Source: Candidatus Latescibacterota bacterium (GTDB taxonomy: Bacteria; Latescibacterota; UBA2968). Taken from it: a stretch of 64,000 bases of DNA. Made by a program: the position numbers and the translations under genes. A model generated the notes under the pieces. It did no database searches. It saw only the letters and a program-made list of their open reading frames with translations, and was not told the origin of the DNA. Position 1 is the stretch's first letter; each line of letters starts with the position of its first letter. Shown here piece after piece: positions 29,005 to 37,778 of this stretch. Location: assembly GCA_965262145.1 (NCBI GenBank), contig OZ253501.1, positions 4,260,946-4,324,945 of the forward strand, given 5' to 3'.

Positions 29005-29976
29005 TCACCTATTATACTGAAAATGTCCCCCGCGCACTTCGCGCCACACCGCATCGCAAGCTTTTAAGACATCCTCATCCAACCGCCCATCCGCGGCTTG
29101 AATATTGTGCGTCAGATATTCCAGCTTGCTCGCGCCCAAAATCATCGAATCGACAATCGACTGAGACATCAACCATTGCAAAGACAACTCAATCATCGTC
29201 TTACCCGCAGTATGTGCAATCTGCTTCAACACATCAAGCGCGTCAAAATTGCGGTCATGCCAGAACCTGCCGTAATAATCCCGATTCAAATCGAACCGCG
29301 TACCCGTTACGGGTGCGGCATCTCGCGTGTGTTTGCCCGTCAGCATGCCGGCAGCGAGCGGATTATATACGGCCATTCCTATATTCATTTCACGGCTAAA
29401 CGCAACGCACTCCTCATCGATACTCCGCGTAATCAAATTATAGGGCACCTGCAACACCACAGGCGGTGCCCAATTATTTACATCGCATTTCCAAAGCGCT
29501 TTCATCACCTGCCATGAAGCGAAATTCGACATCCCCACATAGACTATCTTTCCCTGTTGTACCAATGTGTCAAACGCCGCCATCGTCTCTTCAAGAGGCG
29601 TATTCCAATCGGGCTTGTGCAAATATAGAATATCCAGGCAATCGGTCTGCAACCGCTTCAAACACGCTTCCACACCCCGAATCACATGCCAGCGGTGCAA
29701 TCCCTGATCCTTAATCTCGTCCTGCCCAACAAAATTGGCTATCTTACTCGCCAAAATCACCCGATCGCGTTTGCCCTTTAGAGCCTTGCCCACAATTTCT
29801 TCGGACACGCCATTCACATACGTATCTGCCGTATCGATAAAATTCACACCTGCATCCAAAGCCGTATCCACCATGCGAATAGACGTGACCTCATCGGTCT
29901 GATCTCCAAATGTCATCGCTCCTAAACATATACGCGACACGCGAATACCCGTCCCTCTCAAAACGCGATACTCCAT
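29005..29976 (-). CDS. Aldo/keto reductase
   Basis: 'MEYRVLGTGIRVSRICLGAMTFG' and 'DTADTY' are AKR signatures. I took the start at the internal Met. Confidence 0.85.
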   Translation of the reverse strand: MEYRVLRGTGIRVSRICLGAMTFGDQTDEVTSIRMVDTALDAGVNFIDTADTYVNGVSEEIVGKALKGKRDRVILASKIANFVGQDEIKDQGLHRWHVIRGVEACLKRLQTDCLDILYLHKPDWNTPLEETMAAFDTLVQQGKIVYVGMSNFASWQVMKALWKCDVNNWAPPVVLQVPYNLITRSIDEECVAFSREMNIGMAVYNPLAAGMLTGKHTRDAAPVTGTRFDLNRDYYGRFWHDRNFDALDVLKQIAHTAGKTMIELSLQWLMSQSIVDSMILGASKLEYLTHNIQAADGRLDEDVLKACDAVWREVRGGHFQYNR

Positions 29977-30081
29977 CTTTCCTCCTTGAATTATGCACAA
30001 CACAATAGTTGCTTGTGCAATCTTTTTTCGTATCTTTACCACCATCGCTATAACATAACACCGTCTCGTGACTTTGCAATC

Positions 30082-30255
30082 ATGATCTGGCTCTTTATTT
30101 TTATATTTACCGCGTTTTGGGTCTATATGGGTATTGAACTCTACCTGTATTTTCGCAAACCCAAAAATCCCGCTAATTGGGACGACATGTCCGAATGGGC
30201 GTGGCGGCGCACCGTCCGCAAAGCCATTGACGAGATGCTAAAGGAGAAGCGGTAG
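30082..30255 (+). CDS. Small membrane protein (57 aa), hypothetical
   Basis: It has a single TM helix 'MIWLFIFIFTAFWVYMGIELYLYF' and a basic C-terminus. It lies just upstream of ctaA. Confidence 0.35.
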   Translation: MIWLFIFIFTAFWVYMGIELYLYFRKPKNPANWDDMSEWAWRRTVRKAIDEMLKEKR

Positions 30256-30269
30256 TCAGTAGATATTTT

Positions 30270-31211
30270 ATGAACGCATTTCAAAAAACCGCCATCACCA
30301 CCCTTGTTGCGATCCTCTTGCTTATCGGCGTTGGTAGTCTCGTGCGCGTTTCAGGCGCGGGCCTGGGATGTCCCGACTGGCCCCGGTGCTGGGGCTGCTG
30401 GTTCCCGCCCTCGAGTATTGACGACATTGACCGGGCCTATCTCGCCGAACGCGGGCTAAACATCGAAGACTTCAACGCGGTCAAAATGTGGATCGAATAC
30501 ATCAACCGCCTCATCGGCATAATCATCGGCCTCCTGGTCATCGCCACCTTTTTGCGCGCCATCCCGTATCGAAAAACACACCCCGCCATCTTCTACGGAT
30601 CGCTAATTGCCGTCTGCCTCGTCGGCTTTGAAGGCTGGCTCGGTGGACAAGTCGTCAAATCGGGCCTCAAACCCGGCATGATCACCCTGCACATGGCAGG
30701 TGCAATGATCCTCTTATGCCTGTTGCTCTACGTCACATTTCGCGCCGTTGACATTCGCATTCCCGCCACATTGCCCACCCCCAAATTACTCGCCCGCCTC
30801 TCGGCCTTGCTCTTTATCATCGTATGTCTTCAGATGCTACTCGGTACACAGGTACGCGAAGCTATTGATCCCTACATCAAAAACAGCGCGGGCGTCTCTC
30901 GCGGCGCGTGGATCGCCAATATTGGCCTTATGGATCACATCCATCGCTCCTTCACCTGGGTGGTCATTGTCGTTGCCGCTTATCTCGTCTATATCATACG
31001 CAAAAATGTAATAGGTGGCTTGCTCAAAGTGAGCAGCCACCTCGCATTTGCACTCATTCTGTGCCAGGCAGCCACTGGTATTGCTCTTGCTTATGGCGGG
31101 TTACCCCGCGTTTTTCAATTACTCCATCTCGTGATCGCTGCCATGCTAATCTGCGCGGTCTATACGCTTTGGCTCTCATTGAGAGCCACCAACACAAGGA
31201 GGTCTCCATGA
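30270..31211 (+). CDS. ctaA: Heme A synthase (COX15/CtaA)
   Basis: It has the 'GAGLGCPDWPRCWGC' motif, multiple TM helices and conserved His in TM segments. Confidence 0.85.
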   Translation: MNAFQKTAITTLVAILLLIGVGSLVRVSGAGLGCPDWPRCWGCWFPPSSIDDIDRAYLAERGLNIEDFNAVKMWIEYINRLIGIIIGLLVIATFLRAIPYRKTHPAIFYGSLIAVCLVGFEGWLGGQVVKSGLKPGMITLHMAGAMILLCLLLYVTFRAVDIRIPATLPTPKLLARLSALLFIIVCLQMLLGTQVREAIDPYIKNSAGVSRGAWIANIGLMDHIHRSFTWVVIVVAAYLVYIIRKNVIGGLLKVSSHLAFALILCQAATGIALAYGGLPRVFQLLHLVIAAMLICAVYTLWLSLRATNTRRSP

Positions 31212-32167
31212 AAATATCCGTCTGGCACCGCGAACTCTCCGATTCTTATCTGCGATTTGTCACCCAACTCGGCGCTGACTGCCTCGATTTTGGGACCGAT
31301 ACGGACTTTCCCGGCGTTGCAGAACAGGGGTATCCCGACCTGGATGAACTCTTGAAAATGAAGAAAAAAATCCAGTCCTGGGGCCTTTCGATCAACCGCA
31401 TCAGCCTGCCTAACATCACAGAAAAATTTATGACCGATCAACCCGGCGGGGAAAAAGAACTCGAAAATACCTGTCAGGCACTGCGCGTATTTGCCGAAGC
31501 AGGCGTACCCATTGCCCGACAGCGCTTCTGGGGCGACACCTTTAACGAACTCATGTTTCGCTACCAATCTGAACACCGCGGCGGATACCTCTCGCGCGGC
31601 GAAAGTCAGGCATTGACCAATCCCGTGCCCAAAACACCCGATTACGAAGCCCTGCAAGACTGGTGGAAACACTTTTGCACCGTCTATGAGCACCTCGTGC
31701 CCATTGCCGAAGAAACCGGGATTAAGATCGCCATTCACCCCTCCGACAGCCCCAACCCGGACACCCCATTTGGCGGCCTGGGATTTCACCGCGTCATCGA
31801 CGCCTTCCCCAGCGCACAAGTGGGCTACCTCTACTGCTGTGGCACCCGCGCCGAAGCGGGTGGTTCACCGCTTGTCCTCGACGAAATTAACAACTACGGC
31901 CGCAAAGGTCGCATCTTTATGGTACACTTCCGCAATGTGCGCGGCTCATTCGCCACAGCACGCGGCTTTGAAGAAACCCTACTCGACGACGGCGACATGA
32001 ACATGTTTAAGCTCTTGCTGGAACTCAACCGCGTGGGCTTTGATGGCTGTCTAAATCCCGACCACATTCCCGGGATCGAAGGCGACAATGCACCCATCAC
32101 TGGCGGTCTTGCCTACTCCGTGGGCTACATCAAAGCACTATTCGCCGCCCTCGCTGCCCTGCCATAA
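31208..32167 (+). CDS. Mannonate-dehydratase-like (UxuA family) TIM-barrel enzyme
   Basis: It starts at 'MKISVWHRELSDS' with an ATGA overlap onto ctaA. 'KIAIHPSDSP', 'MVHFRNV' and 'NPDHIP' align with UxuA blocks. Confidence 0.55.
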   Translation: MKISVWHRELSDSYLRFVTQLGADCLDFGTDTDFPGVAEQGYPDLDELLKMKKKIQSWGLSINRISLPNITEKFMTDQPGGEKELENTCQALRVFAEAGVPIARQRFWGDTFNELMFRYQSEHRGGYLSRGESQALTNPVPKTPDYEALQDWWKHFCTVYEHLVPIAEETGIKIAIHPSDSPNPDTPFGGLGFHRVIDAFPSAQVGYLYCCGTRAEAGGSPLVLDEINNYGRKGRIFMVHFRNVRGSFATARGFEETLLDDGDMNMFKLLLELNRVGFDGCLNPDHIPGIEGDNAPITGGLAYSVGYIKALFAALAALP

Positions 32168-32250
32168 TGCTGGGGCTCGTTGCGCGGCGCGCTCACCACC
32201 TTGACAACCTATAAGCGATTTGATATATTTGCCTTCGCACTGGATCAGGT

Positions 32251-32337
32251 GCCGAAGTGATGGAATTGGTAGACGTGCGGCGTTCAGGGCGCCGTGGGCT
32301 TAGGCCCGTGTGGGTTCGAATCCCACCTTCGGCACCA
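32251..32337 (+). tRNA. tRNA-Leu (anticodon CAG), CCA encoded
   Basis: The sequence is GCCGAAGTGATGGAATTGGTAGACG...TTCAGGG...long variable arm...GGTTCGAATCCCACCTTCGGCACCA. Confidence 0.9.
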
Positions 32338-32429
32338 TAAATAAGAAGATAATTTTCTCACAGAGAGACAAAAAGGATTATGCTGAACGGGCATAATCCT
32401 TTTACTTTTGACGTTAACGGAGCGCGCGG

Positions 32430-33317
32430 GTGATCAATTACGGCGAAGGTGTTGCACTCGGGGCGTCACTGGTTTGGGCATCTACCAGCCTCGTCTTAAG
32501 AACCCTATCCCAGCACCAGTCACCGGCACTCATCACGGCCATTCGCTGCGGGATATCCGGGCCTTTTTTTTGGATGTTATTGCCTTTTGGTCCTCCCCTA
32601 TCCACACTGGCTGACGTACCGATGCACGAATGGGGACTTTTAATCGGCTCCGTTTTCATCGGCATTGTCATTGGCGATCAACTCTTTTTACACGCCATGA
32701 AAGAAATTGGCGTGTCGCGCACAATGGCTCTGGTAGGCACGCTTCCAATTACCACGTTGATCTGGGAGCAATTGTTGCTCGATGTACCCATCACCCGCAC
32801 CTTTATTTTTGGATGTGTATTGGCTGCATCTGGCGTTATCTTACTCTCTCAACGACCGCGCCAAAAACGCCAGGATACGCAAGAACAACCCATTCGCCTC
32901 AAACGCGGGATAATCTTTGCGCTTATCACAGCCCTGCTCTGGGGATTGAGCACCACCATGCTCAAACCTGCGATGGCACATCTCACCAGTATTCAGGCCA
33001 ACAGCGTGCGAATGCCGCTCGTAGCCCTGGCATTATTTGGTATTTGGCGACTCAATCAGGGACGCGGCAACCTGCGCGATATCGGATGGCGCACATTTGC
33101 GCTTATTGCCGTGACCGGACTTGTAGGCATGGGCCTCGGGTCTTTCTTCTACGTCGAAGCCGTTCTGTTCATCGGACCGGCCAAAACAGCAACTCTGACA
33201 TCTGCAACCCCCGTCCTCTCACTTATTCTGGCCGTGATCTTTCTCAAAGAACAAATCACGCTCCGCATTCTCACAGGAGTTGCGCTCTGCGTGGCTGGCG
33301 TTCTGCTCGTGCTTTGA
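32430..33317 (+). CDS. DMT-superfamily (EamA-like) transporter
   Basis: It has ten predicted TM helices and two EamA-like halves. Confidence 0.75.
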   Translation: MINYGEGVALGASLVWASTSLVLRTLSQHQSPALITAIRCGISGPFFWMLLPFGPPLSTLADVPMHEWGLLIGSVFIGIVIGDQLFLHAMKEIGVSRTMALVGTLPITTLIWEQLLLDVPITRTFIFGCVLAASGVILLSQRPRQKRQDTQEQPIRLKRGIIFALITALLWGLSTTMLKPAMAHLTSIQANSVRMPLVALALFGIWRLNQGRGNLRDIGWRTFALIAVTGLVGMGLGSFFYVEAVLFIGPAKTATLTSATPVLSLILAVIFLKEQITLRILTGVALCVAGVLLVL

Positions 33318-33416
33318 TCCTTCCTCTTAGGAGATTGCACAGTTGACAAAATCTAAGTGAGAATTACATTATGGGGCCGGAAACCCAGTAAACAACAGCT
33401 AACCACAGGAGCAACC

Positions 33417-34088
33417 ATGGACGGCATTCACGACATGGGCGGAATGCACGGATTTGGTCCCATTGTCCGCGAAGAAAACGAACCTTTATTTCACCACTCC
33501 TGGGAGAGCCGGGTACTCGCCATATCCGTAGCCACGCCTGTACCGATCCCCGGAGGCTCCCGCAACAATATCGAAAACATGGACCCCGCGCACTACCTCT
33601 CGTCCAGCTATTACGAAAAATGGCTGTACTCCCGTATCAAAGGACTGATTGACGCTGGCGTCCTAACCCCGGAAGAGATGGAAACGCGGATGGCACTATT
33701 CAAGAACACCCCCAATGCCAAAACCCCGGAACATCCCGATCCCGATGCCGTCAGAGCGGAACTCGTGCGATCTCGCCCTGCCAATCCACCCCAACAGAAA
33801 ATGGATATCCAGCCGCAATTTTCCAATGGCGACCACGTAAAAGCACGCAATATCCATCCCGAAGGCCACACCCGGCTCCCCCGATACATACGGGGCAAAT
33901 ACGGCACAATCACCAATTACTACGGCATCTACAATCTCCAGGACGCCGAACTGCCCAAAGGGTGTGCAAATCGCCAGCAACCCTTATACGCCGTGCGCTT
34001 TGAAGCCTCGGAACTATGGGGTAACGCCGCCGAAACAAAAAGTGCCGTCTATCTGGACATGTGGGAAAGCTATCTGGAATCGGCTTAA
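33417..34088 (+). CDS. Nitrile hydratase beta subunit
   Basis: 'MDGIHDMGGMHGFGPI' and the C-terminal 'RYIRGKYGTITNYYGIY...LYAVRFEASELWG' match canonical NHase beta. An RBS 'aggag' lies 7 nt upstream. Confidence 0.85.
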   Translation: MDGIHDMGGMHGFGPIVREENEPLFHHSWESRVLAISVATPVPIPGGSRNNIENMDPAHYLSSSYYEKWLYSRIKGLIDAGVLTPEEMETRMALFKNTPNAKTPEHPDPDAVRAELVRSRPANPPQQKMDIQPQFSNGDHVKARNIHPEGHTRLPRYIRGKYGTITNYYGIYNLQDAELPKGCANRQQPLYAVRFEASELWGNAAETKSAVYLDMWESYLESA

Positions 34089-34248
34089 CCATCCCCAATC
34101 GGAAAAAGGAAGTAATTATTTAGGTTTTTGTGGTCGCGTAGGAGGGAAATCCTTTTCCCGACCTTGATCGCGGCAGGGATGCCGCTCCTACAGCATCCTT
34201 TCCCTCATCTTTCAGATGACCTAACCTAATAAAAAAGGGATACCTCTC

Positions 34249-34842
34249 ATGAACACAGTTGCCCAAACCGACACTGCCCTGCGCACCAGAGCGCTCGAAT
34301 CACTCCTGATCGAAAAGGGTTTGCTTACAACAGAGATTATAGACGAAATCGTAGAAAAATATGAAAAAGACGTAGGCCCACTCAACGGTGCCAAAGTGGT
34401 TGCCCGCGCCTGGACTGACCCGGACTATAAGCGACGGCTAATAGAAGATGGCAGAGCGGCTATTGCCGAACTGGGTTTTGACAGCGCGCACGGTGCCAAA
34501 ATCGTCGTACTTGAAAACACATCAAGCGTCCACTATGTCGTCGTCTGCACCCTTTGCTCCTGTTATCCCTGGTCCGTACTCGGCTTGCCCCCGAACTGGT
34601 ATAAATCCTATGCGTACCGCTCTCGAGTCGTGCGGGAGCCAAGAGCCGTCTTGCGAGAATTTGATCTCGATCTATCCGACTCCGTAGAAATCCGCGTCTG
34701 GGACAGCAACTCGGACCTCCGCTACATGGTCCTGCCCGAACGTCCTCCCGGCACAAAAGACTACACCGAAGAACAGCTTGTCCCACTTGTCACGCGCGAC
34801 TCGATGATCGGCGTGGCCATGATCGAATCTCCTTCAAAGTGA
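34249..34842 (+). CDS. Nitrile hydratase alpha subunit, cobalt-type
   Basis: It has the metal-binding '[11 protein letters not shown]' motif, where Thr indicates the Co type. It is 197 aa. Confidence 0.9.
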   Translation: MNTVAQTDTALRTRALESLLIEKGLLTTEIIDEIVEKYEKDVGPLNGAKVVARAWTDPDYKRRLIEDGRAAIAELGFDSAHGAKIVVLENTSSVHYVVVCTLCSCYPWSVLGLPPNWYKSYAYRSRVVREPRAVLREFDLDLSDSVEIRVWDSNSDLRYMVLPERPPGTKDYTEEQLVPLVTRDSMIGVAMIESPSK

Positions 34843-34849
34843 GGATAGG

Positions 34850-35191
34850 ATGGCGCAAAAAACCGACGGACAAATCGCCACCATGGAAGCAACAATCGCC
34901 CTACCCAGAGAAAATGGAGAACTCGTTTTTCAAGCCCCCTGGGAAGCGCGCGCATTCGGCCTTGCCGTTGCACTCAACGAAAAAGACCTCTACGAATGGC
35001 GGGAATTTAGCGCAGAACTCGCTACGAATATCGCGGCAGCAGAACAAAACAACGACCCATCGAGCTACTATGCCCGATGGGTCGCTTCTCTCGAAGAATT
35101 GGTCATTGATAGAGGCTTGATCAGCCGAGAACAACTGGACACCAAAACAGCGGAATACGCCTCTGGCATTCACGACCATCACGACCACTAA
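34850..35191 (+). CDS. Nitrile hydratase accessory (activator/metallochaperone) protein, beta-homologous
   Basis: 'ELVFQAPWEARAFGLAVAL' resembles the beta N-terminus. It is 113 aa. The C-terminal tail is His-rich, 'GIHDHHDH'. Confidence 0.7.
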   Translation: MAQKTDGQIATMEATIALPRENGELVFQAPWEARAFGLAVALNEKDLYEWREFSAELATNIAAAEQNNDPSSYYARWVASLEELVIDRGLISREQLDTKTAEYASGIHDHHDH

Positions 35192-35246
35192 AATTTACAT
35201 CCCGCAAACCAGAAAGGGTTACGCCATCTCGACGTAACCCTTTATA
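35163..35246. repeat. Left copy of an imperfect direct repeat (NHase accessory 3' end plus terminator) flanking the TA module
   Basis: It pairs with 36135-36243. The shared sequence is ggcattcacgac...cacgaccatca.cacga.cactaaaa...aaagggttacg...gacgtaaccctttt. Confidence 0.7.
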
Positions 35247-35248
35247 TA
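35216..35248 (+). terminator. Rho-independent terminator of the NHase operon
   Basis: The hairpin is gggttacg...cgtaaccc followed by tttatataatttt. Confidence 0.65.
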
Positions 35249-35366
35249 ATTTTAGCTGCCTGATATGACATTTTTTAGAATTACAAATGGGGACCTGAAT
35301 TGACTATCCATAGCGATTGTGGTATGTTTTTATTTATGGTACACACTACTAACAAAGGAATAAAAT

Positions 35367-35660
35367 ATGGCCCAAATGATACAGTTGCAGAACAGTGATG
35401 AAGCGTTACGCCGGATGGTCGAAACGTGCCGGAACCAAAATGAAGAATGCGTAATTGAGGATAATCAGAATCGTCCTGTAGCGGTTATGATGCCCATTGA
35501 ACGCTATGAATCCTATCAAGCTTATCTGAAGCAGAAGGAGAAAAATTTTGCGATTCTTGATACAGTAGCTGAAGATTTAAAAAATTATGAACCAGATTTT
35601 ATAGAGAGTCAGATCGAAAAAGCAGTACAAGAAGTGAAAGCTGAGGCTAAAAAACAATAA
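35367..35660 (+). CDS. Type II antitoxin, Phd/YefM-like
   Basis: It is 97 aa with 'RPVAVMMPIERYESYQ'. It lies 15 nt upstream of a PIN toxin gene in an AT-rich context. Confidence 0.5.
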   Translation: MAQMIQLQNSDEALRRMVETCRNQNEECVIEDNQNRPVAVMMPIERYESYQAYLKQKEKNFAILDTVAEDLKNYEPDFIESQIEKAVQEVKAEAKKQ

Positions 35661-35675
35661 TTGGTAAACTAATTT

Positions 35676-36128
35676 ATGCCCCGTGTTGTACTTGATGTAA
35701 ATGTTTTAGTGAGCAGTTTGATTAATCCCCGAGGTTCTACAGGTCAAATACAGGTCGCGTGGCGGCGAGATGAAATTAGTGTGATTACTTCAAAGGCTAT
35801 TATAACCAAAACTGAGGAAGTTTTACGTCGTCCTCATATTTTTGCGTTGTTTCCTATAGCTCGGGCAGAGGCGCGTATTCAGGGACTGCTCGCATTACTT
35901 CAAAACCAGACAATTCTAACTCCTCACTCCCTCAACCTGATGGTCATAGAAGATGATCCCGAGGATGATACCATTATCATAGCAGCAGTTGAAGGCAACG
36001 CGGATTGTATTGTTTCTGGTGATCGTCATCTTAGGAATTTGAAATCATATCGGGGTATTCCAATTCTATCACCTGCTGAATTTTTGGCACAGTATAAGAT
36101 CGAAAGCCCAAACATCCACGATAGCTAA
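35676..36128 (+). CDS. PIN-domain toxin (TIGR00305-type putative TA toxin)
   Basis: 'MPRVVLDVNVLVSSLINPRG' is the typical family start. It has conserved acidic residues (D7, E, D near 'SGDRHL'). Confidence 0.7.
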   Translation: MPRVVLDVNVLVSSLINPRGSTGQIQVAWRRDEISVITSKAIITKTEEVLRRPHIFALFPIARAEARIQGLLALLQNQTILTPHSLNLMVIEDDPEDDTIIIAAVEGNADCIVSGDRHLRNLKSYRGIPILSPAEFLAQYKIESPNIHDS

Positions 36129-36134
36129 ACACAA

Positions 36135-36243
36135 GAGCAACCATGGACGGCATTCACGACGGTCACGACCATCATCACGATCACTAAAAATCTACAACAA
36201 CAAAATAAAAAGGGTTACGTCGTGGTGACGTAACCCTTTTTTT
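36135..36243. repeat. Right copy of the direct repeat, with a chimeric 14-codon mini-ORF (36143-36187, MDGIHDGHDHHHDH) and a second terminator hairpin
   Basis: It starts with 26 nt identical to the nthB start region (33409-33434). It then continues with a diverged copy of the accessory-gene end. The hairpin gggttacgtc/gacgtaaccc is followed by a T-run. Confidence 0.7.
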
Positions 36244-36291
36244 GTTAGCCATCTGTTTTTAAACGCTGATTTCTGAACACTAAAATTTTTG

Positions 36292-37455
36292 TCAGTTGAT
36301 CATTCCGGCCTGAAATTGCTCGAATAAAATTTCTTCTAATCGACATTTTAAAGTTCTGGGTTTGAGAAATAGCTGTTTTTCTTCTTCGGGCGTACAGATA
36401 CCCAGAGGGACTGCATGTGCAAGCCGCGTGAATTTGTACTGCACGCCATCAAGTTGAAATTTGTAATTCTCAAGCTGGGCGTATAATGTGGGCAACTCAG
36501 GCCACTCGCGATAATTTTCTCCGTGTAGGTCAACGAAGAAGGGGTATTTGATATCCCGTTCCAGCTTCAAATGCCAATTGAATCCCCACGCGGGATTTTG
36601 AAGTAATACGCTCCATATAGCTTCCTGTTCAGAATACGAAAAGTACGTGTTCGTGTACCATATAAAGCCGAGCCAGCACATGCCACCACCCCGGGCATTG
36701 ATATCCACCCCTCCAGCCATCACCTTCCATTCTGGTCTGTGCGCTGCATTTTGGAGAAATAATTCAGATGCAAACGCATGGGTACGCGGAAACCAGCAAA
36801 ATCCCGAGAAGTCTGCATCTGTCCCAATAAATCCACCCTTATACGAATCTGAGAGCCAGCGAACGTGCTTACCTGTCTTAAGCCGTGTAAAGTTGATCCC
36901 TGTGTGAATAAAATTTCTAAAATTTGATTCTGTAAGATACGCATCTGTCCAGTTGGACATACTGCCATCGGCGCGAAAGAACGTGCAACCTTCAACGGTT
37001 GTCCTGGAAAAGTCTGCCCCCAGCATTTGGGCATGATCAAAGGTACAATCCAAAAATTTGGCTTCCCGAAAAATCGCTCTGGTGAGATTGGCCCTGCTAA
37101 AATTACAACGAGTGAAAACCGATTGTGAGTGATCTGAAAAGGATAGACTGAGGCCGGAATAATCCTGGTCCGTGTGCTCACAATTTTTCCCCTTTCTCGA
37201 TACCTCGGCGGAAAAACCATTCGCATTCAAAAGGTAATCTATCGATATCTTGCCCTTTGTTTCTTCTTTGATAAATTCGACCAACTTCGACGCTGTGCAG
37301 TGTTGAAGTTTAACATTTCCTTCCTTTGCACGATGCACTGTTGAACGCGGGACACCTGAACAACTTGTGACATACTCTAACGTAAGCCAATCATTCTGCT
37401 CGAATAGCCAACACAGTTCACGCGATATTCTCTGACTTAAACTTTCTTTCTGCAC
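36292..37455 (-). CDS. Pentapeptide-repeat protein with N-terminal HTH-like segment
   Basis: The tandem A(N/D)LXX pentapeptides are 'ANLTRAIFREAKFLDCTFDHAQMLGADFSRTTVEGCTFFR'. It is 387 aa. Confidence 0.65.
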   Translation of the reverse strand: MQKESLSQRISRELCWLFEQNDWLTLEYVTSCSGVPRSTVHRAKEGNVKLQHCTASKLVEFIKEETKGKISIDYLLNANGFSAEVSRKGKNCEHTDQDYSGLSLSFSDHSQSVFTRCNFSRANLTRAIFREAKFLDCTFDHAQMLGADFSRTTVEGCTFFRADGSMSNWTDAYLTESNFRNFIHTGINFTRLKTGKHVRWLSDSYKGGFIGTDADFSGFCWFPRTHAFASELFLQNAAHRPEWKVMAGGVDINARGGGMCWLGFIWYTNTYFSYSEQEAIWSVLLQNPAWGFNWHLKLERDIKYPFFVDLHGENYREWPELPTLYAQLENYKFQLDGVQYKFTRLAHAVPLGICTPEEEKQLFLKPRTLKCRLEEILFEQFQAGMIN

Positions 37456-37778
37456 TTATTTGCCCTCCTCAAAATGGAACAAAATGGAACAACAGTAACT
37501 TGCTTATTCGCTGGTTAAAATTACATTGCGAATTGTAGCTAAGCGATACTCGAGTACAGCATGGCAAAAAATCATTCACACACGATGTGGTTTACGTTGT
37601 GCATTTGGCTCAAGGAGACTGTCTGGCAGAACCTGTACCAATTCAGCTATTATTTTAAATTCTATATCGGCTCACGCATACGGTTGCATCAACTTACAAA
37701 AAAATCTCTTCTTACAAAACCAATTTTTGCACGACTGCGTAACATCGGTTATTTCAACTAAAAATAGGATTTGACCAT

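Noticed and set aside
30908-31207. N-terminal extension of the mannonate-dehydratase-like ORF
   Set aside because: It overlaps ctaA. The homologous region starts at MKISVW (31208) with an ATGA coupling.
33357-33416. Upstream extension of nthB (MRITLWGRKPSKQQLTTGAT)
   Set aside because: An RBS 'aggag' precedes the internal ATG at 33417. All NHase beta subunits begin at M(N/D)G(I/V)HD.
34089-34248. Nested inverted repeats (gtaggag…ctcctac; gggaaa…tttccc) between nthB and nthA
   Set aside because: They are short, AT/GC mixed and have no downstream T-run. This is probably just an intercistronic spacer, possibly with weak structure. The evidence is insufficient to call a regulatory element.
37463-37490. 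Tandem 'aaatggaaca aaatggaaca'
   Set aside because: This is a two-unit microrepeat in an intergenic promoter region. It is too short to call a functional repeat or CRISPR.
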